Assembly: GCA_016186645.1 (NCBI GenBank)
Contig: JACPLF010000003.1
Span: 4,112-68,111 of the forward strand
DNA from: Candidatus Levyibacteriota bacterium
GTDB taxonomy: Bacteria; Patescibacteriota; Microgenomatia; Levybacterales; UBA12049
Direction: 5' to 3'
Length of the DNA stretch: 64,000 nucleotides
Below, in pieces: positions 18,156-26,599 of this stretch. Each line of letters begins with the position of its first letter. The first letter of the stretch is position 1. The notes beneath the pieces were generated by a model that saw only the letters and a list, made by a program, of their open reading frames with translations, was not told the DNA's origin and did not search any database. The position numbers and the translations under genes were made by a program.

Positions 18156-19043
18156 ATGAAATTAGGATTTATAGGGCTTGGCAAGATGGGTGGGCGAATG
18201 GTGCAAAAACTTTTAAGCGAAGACCATGAAGTTGTGGCGTGGAATCGTTCGGAGCACGAATTAAAAAATGTAGAGACCGTTAAGCAATTAATAAAAAGTT
18301 TAAAGGCTCCTAGGATAGTTTGGTCCATGGTGCCCTCAGGGGAAGCGACAGAGGAGATTTTGAAAGAGGTTTCAAAGTTTGTAAGTGAGGGAGACATTGT
18401 GATTGATGGGGGGAATTCTAATTTCAAAGATACGCAAAGGAGATTTGAAGATTTTCAAAAAAGAGGAATTAGGTTTTTGGGGATTGGAGTAAGCGGAGGA
18501 GTAATTGCTGCAACTAAGGGTTATCCGATGATGGTTGGCGGGGACAAAAGCGCTTATGAGCACATTTCTCCAATCCTGGATTCATTATCAAAGCCTCATG
18601 GTGGGCATGAATATTTTGGTATTGGCGGAGCAGGACATTTTGTAAAAATGATTCACAACGGTATGGAATATGGAATTATGCAAAGTCTTGGAGAAGGATT
18701 TGGAGTCTTGGAGAAGTCTTCCTATAATTTGGATTTATTAAAAGTTGCAAAACTTTACCAGAAAGGAACTCTTGTGTCCGGATTTATGCTGGACCGCGCA
18801 GTTGAGGTTTTATCCAATCCCTCAATACTATCTAGTATTGAGGGTAAGATTGCAGAGTCAGGAGAAGCAAAATGGACTATTGAAGAAGCAAAAAAAGAAG
18901 GAGTGGATGTTGAAATTATTGAAAAATCTTTGGAATTTAGACGAAAATCTCAGACAGACAAAAAGATTCAAAACTCATTTTCCGCAAGAATGGTAGCAGC
19001 TCTGCGTAATGCCTTCGGAGGACATGAGGTGAAGAAAAAATAG
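18156..19043 (+). CDS. gnd: 6-phosphogluconate dehydrogenase (short YqeC type)
   Basis: Motifs GLGKMG, IDGGNS, GHFVKMIHNGMEY and LRNAFGGH. Confidence 0.95.
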   Translation: MKLGFIGLGKMGGRMVQKLLSEDHEVVAWNRSEHELKNVETVKQLIKSLKAPRIVWSMVPSGEATEEILKEVSKFVSEGDIVIDGGNSNFKDTQRRFEDFQKRGIRFLGIGVSGGVIAATKGYPMMVGGDKSAYEHISPILDSLSKPHGGHEYFGIGGAGHFVKMIHNGMEYGIMQSLGEGFGVLEKSSYNLDLLKVAKLYQKGTLVSGFMLDRAVEVLSNPSILSSIEGKIAESGEAKWTIEEAKKEGVDVEIIEKSLEFRRKSQTDKKIQNSFSARMVAALRNAFGGHEVKKK

Positions 19044-19694
19044 TTAAAATTCTGCCTTCATCTCTCCTTCTATAAAATCTCTAAAGACAGAAGCTTGTTC
19101 TTTTGGTGATTCATGAACAGTAATTGTACCAAGCAGTTGCGTAAACGGATCTAAATTTCCTAATTGCTTTAGAACTTGATCTGTTGTTTTTCCATGACCT
19201 ATTATCTCATGTAATGTAGCTCTATTTCTACGCCTTTCAGTAATACAAGTTATTGATATTTCTGGATTTATCTTTTGTATCTCTAGCAGTCTTACTAAGT
19301 CTAGCACAGTAGGCTTTTTAATAGTTACCTGTGCTTTCAAATGCGGCTCTTGTTCAAATATGGGTATATATTTTTCCTCATCCGCTTCTATCAGCAATAC
19401 TTGTTTTGCTTGCTTGATTTGTTCGATAATTCCAGACAAAAAATTATCACGCTCCTCCTCTGACAAACCTTGTACTTGCCTTCGTAAGTTCTCAAACGTT
19501 TTTATTTCACCTCTTCTACCATCAGGACGCCCATCTATGAGAATAAGTGTGCGTTCTCCATCGCTATCTATTTGCCATTGCAAAAGTTCTCTCCAGTAAG
19601 ATTCACCGAACCTATCTGGTTTAGTATGATTAATGCCCATTACTGCATCCCTGTTGTTATTTGCTAATGTAAAAAGAGATTCTGGTGATGGCAT
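19044..19694 (-). CDS. Hypothetical (orphan) protein
   Basis: Convergent with gnd. TATAAT-N8-ATG (MPSPES). Confidence 0.65.
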   Translation of the reverse strand: MPSPESLFTLANNNRDAVMGINHTKPDRFGESYWRELLQWQIDSDGERTLILIDGRPDGRRGEIKTFENLRRQVQGLSEEERDNFLSGIIEQIKQAKQVLLIEADEEKYIPIFEQEPHLKAQVTIKKPTVLDLVRLLEIQKINPEISITCITERRRNRATLHEIIGHGKTTDQVLKQLGNLDPFTQLLGTITVHESPKEQASVFRDFIEGEMKAEF

Positions 19695-19745
19695 AATTTG
19701 CAATTATATAACAACTTTTGAAAATATGCTATACTTTTGTTGAAT

Positions 19746-20996
19746 ATGCGTTACTCTAAGCTATTTGGGAAAACCATAAAAAATGCGCCGAATGATGAGG
19801 TCAGTCTAAATTCCAAGCTCTTAACCCGCGCCGGATTCATACGTCGTGAAGTTTCCGGAGTGTACAATTATCTGCCCTTAGGCTTAAGAGTAATTGAAAA
19901 AATTTCCAATATAGTCCGGGAGGAAATGCATGCAATCGGCGGACAGGAATTGTTGTTAAGCGCTCTTCAAAATAAACAGTCTTGGGAGAAAACAGGCAGA
20001 TGGAAAAGTTTTGATGTGCTTTTCAAACTCACAAGTGTTTTGGATCGGGAGTATCCTTTGGGGCCTACACATGAAGAAGTAATTATTCCTTTAGCAAAAC
20101 AATTTATAAGCTCGTACAAAGATTTGCCTTTTAGTGTTTATCAAATTCAGACAAAATTTAGAGATGAAAAAAGAGCCAAAAGCGGAATTTTAAGAGGCCG
20201 TGAGTTCCTGATGAAAGATTTATATTCATTTCATGCAGATGAAAAAGATTTCAAAAAATATTACGAAACTGTAAAAAAAGCATACAAAAAAATTTTTAAA
20301 CGTTTGGGACTTATCGCTATTGAAACAGAAGCAAGCGGAGGATCATTTAGTAAAGTTTCTCATGAATATCAAGTTATTGCCGCGGCGGGAGAGGATGAGA
20401 TTATTTATTGCCCGGGCGGAGATTTTTCTGCAAACAGTGAAATAAGTCCTGTTAAGGAAGGAAAACAGTGTGACTTGGGCCATGGAGCCTTAAAAAAGGT
20501 AAAAGCAATTGAAGTTGGGAATATTTTCCCTCTTGGCACAAAGTTTTCCGATGCTTTTGGATTGACTTATAAAAATAAAGAAGGCAAAGATATTCCTGTT
20601 GTCATGGGATGTTATGGGATTGGCATCTCAAGACTGATGGGTACAATTGCCGAAGTTCATAATGATGAAAAAGGAATTGTCTGGTCAAAAGAGGTTGCGC
20701 CGTATGACGTTCACTTGGTCCACCTCGGAGGAGTCGAGGCCGCTGCCTCGCCACCGTCCGAGGTGATACGTTTTGCGGATGAAGTTTATGAAACACTGAA
20801 GAAGAATGGAGTTGAAGTTTTGTGGGATGATCGGGAAGAGTCTCCAGGAACTAAATTCGCAGACGCAGACCTCATCGGAATTCCAGTTCGGTTGGTTGTT
20901 AGTAAAAGAAATGGCGACAAGGTCGAGTTTAAAAATAGAAATTCAGAAAAATCAGAGCTTTTAAGTTTGGGAGAGACTGCTAAAAAATTAAGGTAA
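19746..20996 (+). CDS. proS: Proline--tRNA ligase (short, no editing insert)
   Basis: Motifs GPTHEE, KFRDE, REFLMKDLYSF and MGCYGIG. Confidence 0.96.
   Translation: MRYSKLFGKTIKNAPNDEVSLNSKLLTRAGFIRREVSGVYNYLPLGLRVIEKISNIVREEMHAIGGQELLLSALQNKQSWEKTGRWKSFDVLFKLTSVLDREYPLGPTHEEVIIPLAKQFISSYKDLPFSVYQIQTKFRDEKRAKSGILRGREFLMKDLYSFHADEKDFKKYYETVKKAYKKIFKRLGLIAIETEASGGSFSKVSHEYQVIAAAGEDEIIYCPGGDFSANSEISPVKEGKQCDLGHGALKKVKAIEVGNIFPLGTKFSDAFGLTYKNKEGKDIPVVMGCYGIGISRLMGTIAEVHNDEKGIVWSKEVAPYDVHLVHLGGVEAAASPPSEVIRFADEVYETLKKNGVEVLWDDREESPGTKFADADLIGIPVRLVVSKRNGDKVEFKNRNSEKSELLSLGETAKKLR
20721..20765. repeat. 45-bp hairpin inserted in-frame in proS
   Basis: CACCTCGGA...TCCGAGGTG with inner CGAGGC/GCCTCG. 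Encodes HLGGVEAAASPPSEV. Confidence 0.8.
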
Positions 20997-21599
20997 AAAG
21001 GGAACTTTGAAGTTGAAGATTTTTGTCCAGAAAAGCGTGTAGATCACAATGAAAATCAATCCCGCAATTCCAAATAAAATAGGTATCATTATCCCGCTTT
21101 TCTTTTTGATAGCAATAGTTTGAGCTTGAGGCTGGGGCTGGGGAGCTGAAAAATTTGCTGAAGAAGGAGAAGCTGTAACTTCTGAGTTCATTTGAACAAA
21201 GTTAGAAGCTTGCGGCTGCGTGGGGATAGCTAGGTCGGGTGTTGGAATAGGTTCAGGCTGAGGATGAATTGCAGGCTGAGGCTCGGGTATTGAAGGTTGT
21301 GGCTCGGAAATAGGCTCAGGTTCATTCGTAGGGGCTGGAGGCGGCTGAATAGGCTGAGTTGGTATTGGTTCTGGTTGAGGCATTGGTGTTGGAGCAGGAG
21401 TTGGATTGGGCATAGGAGGTGTAGTTCCGCCGGCTGGCGGAGTAAGAGTTTGAGTCTGAATTGGCTCGCCTCGGGGCGAAGCCACGCCAAAGGCGGGCGA
21501 AGGAGGCTGAGTTTGCGGTTGGGGCACAGGTGTTCCCATTACGCGCTGATAGGCTTCTCTTAATTTCGGATCGAGCTGGGACAGTTTTTGCGGATCCAT
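20988..21599 (-). CDS. Pro/Gln-rich protein with C-terminal transmembrane anchor
   Basis: Low-complexity PQPEP tracts and a hydrophobic C-terminus. Confidence 0.75.
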   Translation of the reverse strand: MDPQKLSQLDPKLREAYQRVMGTPVPQPQTQPPSPAFGVASPRGEPIQTQTLTPPAGGTTPPMPNPTPAPTPMPQPEPIPTQPIQPPPAPTNEPEPISEPQPSIPEPQPAIHPQPEPIPTPDLAIPTQPQASNFVQMNSEVTASPSSANFSAPQPQPQAQTIAIKKKSGIMIPILFGIAGLIFIVIYTLFWTKIFNFKVPFLP

Positions 21600-21614
21600 A
21601 TTTTTATATTTTTA

Positions 21615-21740
21615 TTAGAATCTTTGAAGTTAGATATTATTGATGTCTTTGATTCTGAATCTTTGAATTTTTGATTTTCTTGAATTCAAGATATCAATAA
21701 CTCAAGGTCAAAAACATCTCACTTCTAATTTCAAGAATTC
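21615..21740 (-). repeat. ~125-bp TTCTTGA/TCAAGA inverted-array element, copy 1
   Basis: Its reverse complement aligns with 27493-27628 and 52475-52596. Confidence 0.8.
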
Positions 21741-21809
21741 CTTACATAAATATAGTCTTTTATTTTGATTAATTTGTCAAGGGGTGCAGTCTGCTGTATA
21801 CTTAAAAGC

Positions 21810-22091
21810 ATGAATCCCGTTAAAGATCGCTTTTATTATGTTTACATTTTACAAAGTTTGAAGAGCAACAAATGGTATACTGGCTACACAAATGAATTAC
21901 GCAAGCGTTTTAATCAACATCAAGAAAATAAATCTACATATACAAAAGGACGAGGACCTTTTAATCTTATATATTATGAAACATCGTTGAGAGAGGAGGA
22001 CGCTATAGCGAGAGAAAGATATCTTAAAAGCGGGATGGGCAAACGATATCTTAAAAATAGATTAAAACGCTCGCTATCTTTAACGGGATGA
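21810..22091 (+). CDS. GIY-YIG nuclease family protein (small YhbQ/UPF0213-like)
   Basis: YYVYIL...WYTGYT...RFNQH, YTK and AIARERYLKSG. Confidence 0.9.
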   Translation: MNPVKDRFYYVYILQSLKSNKWYTGYTNELRKRFNQHQENKSTYTKGRGPFNLIYYETSLREEDAIARERYLKSGMGKRYLKNRLKRSLSLTG

Positions 22092-22092
22092 A
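21810..22092 (+). mobile_element. Candidate GIY-YIG mini-transposon with terminal inverted repeats and ATGAA target duplication
   Basis: 14-bp perfect inverted repeat ATCCCGTTAAAGAT (21814-21827)/ATCTTTAACGGGAT (22076-22089). ATGAA at 21810-21814 and 22088-22092. Confidence 0.7.
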
Positions 22093-23077
22093 AATCGTTG
22101 TAACTCACAGTTCGCCGGACATGGATGCCATAACTTCTGTCTGGCTTATCAGAAAATTTTTACCAAATTGGAGCGATGCCCTAGTTAGGTTTGTACCAGC
22201 GGGAGAAAGGTTTACTTTTCGGAAAACTCAGAATGCTCAGAGCTCCAGCGTTTCTGACGGTCAGACTATCAGACAATCTGACTCTCCGAGTTCTTCAGAG
22301 TTTTCTGAAGTTGTCGAAAATATTGGCGAGGATGAAGTTATCCATGTTGATACTGGATTGGGACCTCTGGATCATCATCAGACTGCATCGGATGAAGTAT
22401 GCGGAGCAAGCCTGACGTTTGACTTCGTCAAACGAGTTCAAAATTCAAAATTCTCGCCTCGGGGCGAAGCGGGCAAAATTCAAAATTTGGAAAGCAAAAA
22501 GTGGAACGACAGAATGAAGGCAGTAGGGAGGATGGTGAAAGTTGTTGTTGATATAGATCATTTTAAGGAAGTTTTCCGCAAGGACCCTTTGGCTGACTAT
22601 CATGAATTTGACCTTGCAGGTATTTTGGATGGGCTCAAGCTCGAGCTTCCGGGTCAAGATGAATTATATGTTGCAGAAGTTAGCAAATCTTTGGATGCAA
22701 TTTTGCATGGGTTTGAAAATAGGATTTGGGCGGAAAAAGAAATCAGGGAAAAAGGGAAAAAATTTAAAACGCGCTTTGGCCGCGGAATTGGTTTAGAGAC
22801 AATAAATGATTCGGTTGTAAAATTGGCTCAAAAAATGGGATATGTAATTGCTGTGAGAAAAGATCCAAGAAAAGGGTACGTCCGAATAAAAGTGAGGCCG
22901 GATAGTAAAATTGATTTGACTTTAGTCTACGAGAAGTTTAGAAAAATCGACCCGGATGCCACGTGGTTTCTTCATGTTTCCAAAAAAATGCTTCTCAACG
23001 GTTCGGTAAAAAATCCCAAGATGAGGTCTACCAAGCTTTCTTTGAATGACATAATTAGAGTTCTAGAAAAGATATAA
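22088..23077 (+). CDS. DHH/MYG1-like putative phosphoesterase
   Basis: VTHSSPDMDA and LDHHQ motifs. Confidence 0.55.
   Translation: MKIVVTHSSPDMDAITSVWLIRKFLPNWSDALVRFVPAGERFTFRKTQNAQSSSVSDGQTIRQSDSPSSSEFSEVVENIGEDEVIHVDTGLGPLDHHQTASDEVCGASLTFDFVKRVQNSKFSPRGEAGKIQNLESKKWNDRMKAVGRMVKVVVDIDHFKEVFRKDPLADYHEFDLAGILDGLKLELPGQDELYVAEVSKSLDAILHGFENRIWAEKEIREKGKKFKTRFGRGIGLETINDSVVKLAQKMGYVIAVRKDPRKGYVRIKVRPDSKIDLTLVYEKFRKIDPDATWFLHVSKKMLLNGSVKNPKMRSTKLSLNDIIRVLEKI
22218..22309. repeat. ~90-bp nonamer-based hairpin inserted in-frame
   Basis: Ends TTCGGAAAACTC/GAGTTTTCTGAA. Homologous to 25817-25950 in dnaX. Confidence 0.8.
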
Positions 23078-23171
23078 TTGTTATATTGCTAAATTGTTAT
23101 ATTGTTAAATTGTTTTTGGTTCCTAGCAATATAGCAATTTAACAATAAGCGAAGCGATAGCGAGCGAAACA

Positions 23172-23537
23172 ATGGAAAACTGTGTTTTTTGCAAAATCAG
23201 AGATAGAATTATCCCGAAAGAATTCACTTACGAAGATGAATCGGTGATGGTTTTTCCGGATATAAATCCAATTAAGCCTGTTCATCTTTTGATTGTTCCC
23301 AAAAAACATATAGAAGACTTTTTAATGATAAATGATCCCTACAACGCTCGCGCTTCGAGGGGCGAGGCAGGTAAATTATTAATTATGAAGTTAATAAAGA
23401 TAACTCAAAAAATGATAAAGAAGTTCGGATTAGAAAATAAGGGATACAGGGTTGGAATAAACGGCGGAGGAGCCCAAATCATAAACCATCTTCACTTCCA
23501 TCTCCTAGGCCCCATGGGTAAAGCTGCTGCGATGTAA
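23172..23537 (+). CDS. HIT (histidine triad) family protein
   Basis: CVFCKI and HLHFH. Confidence 0.93.
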   Translation: MENCVFCKIRDRIIPKEFTYEDESVMVFPDINPIKPVHLLIVPKKHIEDFLMINDPYNARASRGEAGKLLIMKLIKITQKMIKKFGLENKGYRVGINGGGAQIINHLHFHLLGPMGKAAAM

Positions 23538-23543
23538 GAAGTT

Positions 23544-23604
23544 CCCGCCTAAGCTTACCGTTCGAACACGTCAGACGTGTTTCATGGAGCGCTTTAGCGG
23601 CGGG
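23544..23604 (+). repeat. CCGCCTAAG element, copy 2
   Basis: CCCGCCTAAGCT...AGCGCTTTAGCGGCGGG. Confidence 0.85.
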
Positions 23605-23639
23605 CAAGTAGTTTTTATTTGATTTCCGATCAAAAGATA

Positions 23640-23675
23640 TATGACTACAATCAGCGATCGCATAGTAATATCATA
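23640..23675. repeat. GCGATCGC-core dyad
   Basis: TATGACT-N7-GCGATCGC-N7-TATCATA. Confidence 0.8.
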
Positions 23676-23766
23676 CATTATCTATGATCATAGCTGTAAC
23701 GCTTGAGTGGATTAAATGGGTATTTACTCTATTTTGGGTTTGGAGTAGAATAGAAAGTGGTAACGT

Positions 23767-23910
23767 GTCCGCCTAAGTTCAGTATTCGCCTTTCCCGCCT
23801 GCAACGCTTTGCGAAGCAATGCGGGCAGGTCAATTCTATTCGCGTAAAGCGACGTGGTCGCCACGCGACTTTACGTCGAATACGGCTCATACTTCACTTT
23901 AGCGGCGGAC
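23767..23910 (+). repeat. CCGCCTAAG element, copy 3, with nested hairpins
   Basis: GTCCGCCTAAG...TTTAGCGGCGGAC enclosing CCCGCCTGCAACGCTTTGCGAAGCAATGCGGGCAGG and CGTAAAG/CTTTACG stems. Confidence 0.85.
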
Positions 23911-23970
23911 GTAAGAAACTGTAATTCCAAATTAAAATTTGGAAACAGTTTCTAACGGAGGTGATTATTT

Positions 23971-24153
23971 ATGGTGGTAGTTAGAAGAATGCCGGGAGAC
24001 AGCGATGATACGCTGATTCGGAAATTTCAAAGAAAAGTCTTAAACGAAGGAATTATTTCCGAGGCAAAAAGACGTGCTTTTTACCTGAAACCTTCTTTGG
24101 CCCGAAAGCAAAAGGTGCAGGATAACCGAAGAGCAAAAAAGATGTGGGCGTAA
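23971..24153 (+). CDS. rpsU: 30S ribosomal protein bS21
   Basis: LIRKFQRKV and FYLKPS. GGAGGTG Shine-Dalgarno site. Confidence 0.9.
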   Translation: MVVVRRMPGDSDDTLIRKFQRKVLNEGIISEAKRRAFYLKPSLARKQKVQDNRRAKKMWA

Positions 24154-24155
24154 TT

Positions 24156-24542
24156 ATGGAGCAGGTTAATATCCCCATTTTTGTAGAAAGCAGATATAGA
24201 GTCAATAGGAAACGCATTAAACAAGCTGTTTCCAAAGTGCTAATGAAGCACGAAATCAAAGGCCCTGTGGAGGTTTCTGTTGCTATTGTTGGAGATCGGA
24301 AAATGCGCGCTTTAAGCAAAAAATATAAAGGTGAGGACAAGACAAGAAATGTTTTATCATTTTCACTGTCCGAAGGTGAATCAGCACATTTGGATAACGA
24401 AGTTTTAAGACTCGGAGACATTGTCCTGTCCTACCCGCAAGTTATAAAAGAAGCATCGGAAGAAGAAATGCTTGTGGATGATAAAATTGATGAACTCATT
24501 GAACACGGAATGCTCCACCTTTTGGGAATCAATCATGAGTGA
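24156..24542 (+). CDS. ybeY: rRNA maturation RNase YbeY
   Basis: Motifs NVLSF, LGDIV and HGMLHLLGINH. Confidence 0.93.
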   Translation: MEQVNIPIFVESRYRVNRKRIKQAVSKVLMKHEIKGPVEVSVAIVGDRKMRALSKKYKGEDKTRNVLSFSLSEGESAHLDNEVLRLGDIVLSYPQVIKEASEEEMLVDDKIDELIEHGMLHLLGINHE

Positions 24543-24704
24543 AATTGACCTAATTGCCCTAATTAACCACGTCAAACGTGGCAGGCCTAATTTCTAAGCT
24601 GGAACTTGGCCCGCCTTGCCCGTTTCGACTCAACGAGGCGAGCCGGGCGAGGCAGGGATTTGATTAGGTCAATTAGAAATTAGAATAATTAGAAATTTAG
24701 GTGT
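24542..24704. repeat. AATTAG scaffold, copy 2, with extra nested palindromes
   Basis: Colinear with 4000-4125, plus CCACGTCAAACGTGG and CGTTTCGACTCAACGAGGCGAGC inserts. Confidence 0.8.
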
Positions 24705-26291
24705 ATGGTTTTTTATCGAAAATATCGTCCGCAAAAAATAGAAGAGCTGGATAGTAAAGAAGTTAGGGACAAACTTCATAGTGTTTTGGGAAGCTCCTCT
24801 GTTTCTCATGCTTTTCTTTTTACAGGCCCCAAAGGTTTGGGAAAAACCTCAGCTGCAAGAATTGTCGCAAAAGTCCTAAACTGTGAAAAGGTGAGAAATG
24901 AGAAAGGAGAAATGAAAAATAAAGATAAAACTTCCCATCTCTCATCTCTCACTTCTCATTTCCGTGCGGTTGAGCCGTGCAATAAATGTGAACAATGCAT
25001 CTCGATTACACGCGGAACAAATCTAGACGTTTTGGAAATAGATGGTGCTTCAAATAGGGGAATAGATGAAATAAGAGATCTTAGGGAAAAAGTAAAACTT
25101 TCTCCAGCCGGGAGCCGCAAAAAAGTTTATATTATCGATGAAGTTCACATGTTAACCGCAGAAGCGTTTAATGCGCTTCTTAAAACTTTGGAAGAACCGC
25201 CAAGTCATGTTGTTTTTATTCTCTGCACAACAGAACCTCACAAAGTGCCAAGCACAATTCTGTCCCGTTGTTTACATATTCAATTTAGAAAAGCAACAGA
25301 GGCAGAACTGGTCAGATCGTTTGAAAGAATAATTAAAGCGGAAAAAATAAAAGCCGACAAAGAAGCCTTAGATTTAATCGCTAGTCTTTCAGACGGTAGC
25401 TTTAGAGACGGATCAAAACTTTTGGAAGAAATAGCTCTTTTGGCAGGACGTAAAAAAATTGCAAAAGAATTGATAGAAGAAAAATATTATGTATCAAGTA
25501 TTAAGTATCATATTAGAGCGATGGTGAAATGTTTGGATGCGAAAGACACAAAAGGAGGACTTGAACTTGTTTCAAAGCTGACAGAACAGGGCATTGACAT
25601 GAAGTTTTTTATTGAAGAATTAATACAGACTCTCCATAGTTTGTTACTTCAAAAAGTAGGGATTAAGAATGATCAAGAATTGGAAGTTCAAATTCTAGAC
25701 TTTGATATCAATGGAATCAAAAGACTGGTAGAATTATTTGCAAAAGCGCACAGCGAATTAAAATATGCGGTTTTGCCCCAGATTCCTTTGGAGCTGGTGA
25801 TTGTGGAATGGGGAATCCAGAAAACTCAGAATACTCAGCAATCCGGCAATTCTGATAATCAGACGATCAGACCCGCTTCACCGAAGCTCCCGCCTAGACT
25901 CGGCGAGGCTGGTCAGCGAGGCGAGCAATCTGATTCTCCGAGTATTCAGAAAATGGTGAAAGCACAAAAAAATGAAATACCGCTTAATGTTGCTCAGCAG
26001 AATATGATGGGGTACAGTGAGAATAATGCGTTGTGGGTCTCTTTGATAGATAGAGTGAAGGCTTACAATCATTCTATTGCCGGGGTATTGCGCGGATGCA
26101 GGATAAAAAGTTATGATGGTAAGAGTTTAATAATAGAAGCAAATTTCAAATTCCATAAAGATAAATTAGGGGAAATAAAAACACAACAGGTTTTGGAAGA
26201 AGCATGCAAAGAAATTACGAAGAAAAATGTTAAAGTAGAAGTGATGATGAAACCCGCCGTCGCTAAAGCTTTGGCGGGCGATGGGAGGTGA
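24705..26291 (+). CDS. dnaX: DNA polymerase III subunit gamma/tau
   Basis: Motifs YRKYRP, GPKGLGKTS, EIDGASNRG, IIDEVHML and NALLKTLEEPP. Confidence 0.96.
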   Translation: MVFYRKYRPQKIEELDSKEVRDKLHSVLGSSSVSHAFLFTGPKGLGKTSAARIVAKVLNCEKVRNEKGEMKNKDKTSHLSSLTSHFRAVEPCNKCEQCISITRGTNLDVLEIDGASNRGIDEIRDLREKVKLSPAGSRKKVYIIDEVHMLTAEAFNALLKTLEEPPSHVVFILCTTEPHKVPSTILSRCLHIQFRKATEAELVRSFERIIKAEKIKADKEALDLIASLSDGSFRDGSKLLEEIALLAGRKKIAKELIEEKYYVSSIKYHIRAMVKCLDAKDTKGGLELVSKLTEQGIDMKFFIEELIQTLHSLLLQKVGIKNDQELEVQILDFDINGIKRLVELFAKAHSELKYAVLPQIPLELVIVEWGIQKTQNTQQSGNSDNQTIRPASPKLPPRLGEAGQRGEQSDSPSIQKMVKAQKNEIPLNVAQQNMMGYSENNALWVSLIDRVKAYNHSIAGVLRGCRIKSYDGKSLIIEANFKFHKDKLGEIKTQQVLEEACKEITKKNVKVEVMMKPAVAKALAGDGR

Positions 26292-26298
26292 GCGATTT

Positions 26299-26583
26299 AT
26301 GATAAATCCATTCAAACAAATCGGTGAAATTAAAAAAATGCGCGATCAGGCCATGCAAATTCAAAGAGAACTTCAAGGAGAAGAAGTTGATATTGAAAAA
26401 AACGGCGTTCATATTGTTATATCCGGAGACCAAAAAATAAAAGTTTTGGAATCGAATGGCCGTTCCGATGACGATGTAAAAGAAGCGGTTAATGAAGCAA
26501 TCAAAAAATCTCAGGAAGTAGCGGCGCGAAAACTCCAGCAAATGGGCGGAGGTCTTGGTGGACTTTTGGGCGGGGGACAATAA
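26299..26583 (+). CDS. ybaB: YbaB/EbfC nucleoid-associated protein
   Basis: QAMQIQREL and AVNEA. Lies between dnaX and recR. GGAGGTG Shine-Dalgarno site. Confidence 0.85.
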   Translation: MINPFKQIGEIKKMRDQAMQIQRELQGEEVDIEKNGVHIVISGDQKIKVLESNGRSDDDVKEAVNEAIKKSQEVAARKLQQMGGGLGGLLGGGQ

Positions 26584-26599
26584 GTGGTACAATAAGTGG

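Noticed and set aside
23544-23960. tRNA, tmRNA or riboswitch in the structured region before rpsU
   Set aside because: No cloverleaf with a T-arm and acceptor stem, and no recognisable aptamer. The stems are explained by repeat families found elsewhere in the window.
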